A DNA stretch of 64,000 nt, taken from NCBI GenBank assembly GCA_051546255.1, contig CP128816.1:930001-994000 (forward strand). The letters run 5' to 3'. Within the stretch, counting starts at the first letter, position 1. The number at the start of each line of letters is the position of its first letter. Under the pieces are notes generated by a model that was not told the origin of the DNA, made no database searches, and saw only the letters and a list, made by a program, of their open reading frames with translations. This DNA is from Meyerozyma guilliermondii (taxonomy: Eukaryota). The position numbers were made by a program, and so were the translations under genes. This document shows positions 61,158 to 64,000 of this stretch, piece after piece.

Positions 61158-63383
61158 CTATAAATTAGGTTTTGTAGTCTGAATAAGCGACTTTTCCGTT
61201 TCGTACATGCGCTTTATGTGGTTTGCAAAAAACGCTGAAGCTACAGCTCTCTTGATCTTGAAAGTTGGTGTGACAACATTGCGTTGCACTGTCAATGGTT
61301 CAAACTCAATATGCAAATTGTGAAGTTTTTCATAACGTGCAACTTTATCGCCGACATTGGCATTGATCAAACTCAAAAACTTGATGCGGTTTTCTGTCTC
61401 ATTGATCTTTTGCAACAAATCCTCCTTTCCTTGAACGTTGTATCCACATTTTTCCCTTAAAAACTGCTTTCCAAGCTCGTAATGAATTCCGACGATTCCC
61501 ACGAGATAACTTTGCAATGAGTTGCCATGAACAAAAAGCTGAACAAGTAACGGGTTTGCTGACAAGTACACGTTTTCAACCTTTTCCGGTGAAACATACT
61601 CGCCTTGTGCCATTTTGAAGAAATTCTTCACCCTATCAATGATGTACACTCGGCCAGTTTGGCTGTCGATACGAGCCACATCTCCGGTTGAAAACCAACC
61701 GTCTTTGTCAAGCGCTTTGTTGGTCTCTTCCTCATTCCGATAGTATCCACAGTACACTTGTGAACCTCGAACCATCAATTCTCCTTTCCCTTCTTTGACA
61801 GAATAGCCCATTGAAGGTACACTTTTGATGCGGAATTCTCCAGTTATTCCAGTGGGTCCACAAGATCCGGGTTTACCCTCATAAGCTGGGCTGCTGACAA
61901 TGGCACCAAAGGTTTCTGTGAGCCCATAAGACTGGTATAACCCAATGCTCAAGCTGGCTTTAAGATAAGAGATTGTTGTAGGTGAAATAGGTGCCGACGC
62001 AGTCATCGTCCATCTCAAGTTATCAAATCCCAAAAGCGACCTGAGCGCTCTATAAGGTCCATAATCATCCATTTCGTGGTTACGTCCGTCGGCACCATCA
62101 TGCTGTGATTGCTGGTCAAGTTTGTGATTTATGATCTCTGTGATTTTTCTAGAGTTGGGAGATGTTAAAACGGCAGACTTTATCAAAGATTCCATCCTTG
62201 TCAATACTCTGGGAACAAGCGACATATAAGTTGGCTTGAAGATTCTCAAATCCTCTAGTAGCAGCTCAAAGCTATCCCTGGCAGGCTTTTTTTTGTTCAC
62301 CGTAAGCTGAGGAAACCCTAAATAGTATCCACTGGTAAAAGCAAAAGCACTGGTTTCCCGCTCGTATATGTGAGTCAAAGGAAGAAATATGAATGCCTTT
62401 CCATCTTTGACCTGAGATATTCTGCTGGCTAAAAATGCCACAGCGGCAGCAGCGTTCCCCTGAGTCAATACTCCACCCTTGGGTTTCGAACCTGTGGTTC
62501 CTGAAGTGAAAGATACCGTATACACTGTCTTTGGTGTAGGTGGAAGCTCCTTTAATCCAGAAGAGCTTCCGATTTTCTCCACCTCATTTATGCTGTGAAT
62601 CGATACTTTGAGCTTTTCTGCTCTGGTCCGCAAACCAGGCAATTCGGCTCCAAAGTACTCGTCTAGCGGGTCCATACTGACTATGCTGATCAAACTCGCC
62701 AACCCAGACAGCTTTTTTAAGGTTAACAAATGTTTCACCTGATCAGCAGAGCACACCACCACGGGACTTTCAGTAGACTCGAGAATGTAGCTTGTTACTT
62801 CCAGTCCCAAAGTATCGTAAAGTGCAGTGTTCGTAAGTGAAAAGGCTGAACATGCCAAGTCGGTAAGAATCCACTCATAGCGATTTGGAGCGTAGATGGA
62901 GACAATAAATGAACAATTGTCTTCTTGCTTGATTCCGTCTAAAGTTTGACCATACTTTTGGTAGTCTCTATAGTGGTTATCGATCTTTCTATGGCTAGCA
63001 GATTCCGTTTTGTATGGTGAATTCTGGAGCACCGACAAGATACCGGCACCCAAGTTTGTCTTTCTTTCGTTCACTTGCTTGTATGTCAAAGATTCGTAGA
63101 CATTGCTAGAATTTCCACTTCCATAATTGTATCGACGATACCCGAAACATGGCTGGTCACTATAGTGTTTAGCAGCGTTCTGGAAAAGTTTGTAGTGGGT
63201 GTTCAAGTCAGGGTGAATACACGAGTAGATCTCATTCGGAAACAATTTGTTCCGGTAAATCGGACTCAATGTGTCGTCCACTTCGGTACCACGAAGAGGC
63301 ACAGATTCATCAATGGCACTATCTGTGAATGGTAGCCGCTTCAACGCCTCGTGGGCGTCTATATGACTATCGAATATACTCAT
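61158..63383 (-). CDS. Fatty acyl-CoA synthetase, FAA2-like
   Basis: SFTSGTTGSKPKG, FLPLTHIYER, YGLTE, GWFSTGD, DRVKNFFKMAQGEY; start at 63383 or 63416. Confidence 0.92.
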   Translation of the reverse strand: MSIFDSHIDAHEALKRLPFTDSAIDESVPLRGTEVDDTLSPIYRNKLFPNEIYSCIHPDLNTHYKLFQNAAKHYSDQPCFGYRRYNYGSGNSSNVYESLTYKQVNERKTNLGAGILSVLQNSPYKTESASHRKIDNHYRDYQKYGQTLDGIKQEDNCSFIVSIYAPNRYEWILTDLACSAFSLTNTALYDTLGLEVTSYILESTESPVVVCSADQVKHLLTLKKLSGLASLISIVSMDPLDEYFGAELPGLRTRAEKLKVSIHSINEVEKIGSSSGLKELPPTPKTVYTVSFTSGTTGSKPKGGVLTQGNAAAAVAFLASRISQVKDGKAFIFLPLTHIYERETSAFAFTSGYYLGFPQLTVNKKKPARDSFELLLEDLRIFKPTYMSLVPRVLTRMESLIKSAVLTSPNSRKITEIINHKLDQQSQHDGADGRNHEMDDYGPYRALRSLLGFDNLRWTMTASAPISPTTISYLKASLSIGLYQSYGLTETFGAIVSSPAYEGKPGSCGPTGITGEFRIKSVPSMGYSVKEGKGELMVRGSQVYCGYYRNEEETNKALDKDGWFSTGDVARIDSQTGRVYIIDRVKNFFKMAQGEYVSPEKVENVYLSANPLLVQLFVHGNSLQSYLVGIVGIHYELGKQFLREKCGYNVQGKEDLLQKINETENRIKFLSLINANVGDKVARYEKLHNLHIEFEPLTVQRNVVTPTFKIKRAVASAFFANHIKRMYETEKSLIQTTKPNL

Positions 63384-63728
63384 GGTGGACAAAAATTTTG
63401 TCTGTTTAAATCCCATTGCTCGGAACGGAACTGGGTGGGGAAAGAATGCGGGGTGCTTTGTGTAAGGCACTGCTCGGGTAGATCCGCAATACAAACGTAA
63501 GGAAGAACGGAAGAAAACCTATGTGGAGCTTTTGATTCCAATGGCGAATTGTGCGATATGAGACCAAGCAGATTTGTTTTTCATATTTTCATTTGATTGG
63601 TTTGGTTCACTTGTCGCGACGGTTGAAGACGATTCATTTTAGACGAAATCAATTAGACGGTTTCATATTCACTGCTCAATTCCTCTTTTTCTATTAGCCA
63701 ATTAGCTAGCACTTCCCCTTTTTTTTGT

Positions 63729-64000
63729 CTACTTTCTCTTTCTCTCTAAACACTTGTTCAAATGCTGTGCAAACCGGCCTCCGGCTATCTTTCGTCCACA
63801 ATTATCACACTCAAAATAGCGGGAGGACTCGGCAGTTTTTAATTTCTGCTTGTCCTGACCATATATGTCTTTGCTGGAGGTGAGTTCCAGATTTATAAAT
63901 ACTCCTACGGGCTCCTTGGTGTTGGATATAGATTGAAGGCATCGATATCGAGACATCTTGTTCAACGTTTGCTGGCGAATGGCGTTCTCTATCATGTCTT
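63729..64000 (-). CDS. SGF11: SAGA deubiquitination-module subunit Sgf11; 5' end probably off window
   Basis: KDIYG...YFECDNCGRKIAGGRFAQHLNKCL zinc finger; frame still open at the window edge. Confidence 0.85.
   Translation of the reverse strand, partial: DMIENAIRQQTLNKMSRYRCLQSISNTKEPVGVFINLELTSSKDIYGQDKQKLKTAESSRYFECDNCGRKIAGGRFAQHLNKCLERKRK

Overview
Gene-dense, intron-poor eukaryotic DNA from a budding yeast of the CUG-Ser ('CTG') clade: CTG codons fall at conserved Ser positions, so the standard-code ORF track mistranslates them. The window holds about 34 protein-coding genes, two of them truncated by the window edges (an ECM21/CSR2-like arrestin at left that the ORF track misses, and SGF11 at right). 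It also has three tRNA genes (Val-AAC, Gly-GCC, Cys-GCA) and four small predicted spliceosomal introns. No transposon, rRNA or CRISPR was seen. The most notable block is 45.2-59.8 kb, a candidate self-contained detoxification cluster: two tandem pyridoxal-reductase-type aldo-keto reductases, two tandem MRR1-like Zn2Cys6 regulators and a CDR1/PDR5-type ABC exporter, with repeated CGG motifs (ACGGAGATAA; TCGGCCGTAAG) in their promoters. Other points of interest are a GNPAT/PlsB-type acyltransferase with a PTS1-like tail and upstream CCGAGG motifs, an LrgA/LrgB fusion membrane protein, a RHO1 5' intron with two competing donors, and an intron-split NSA1-like gene. All homology calls are from recognised motifs, not database searches.
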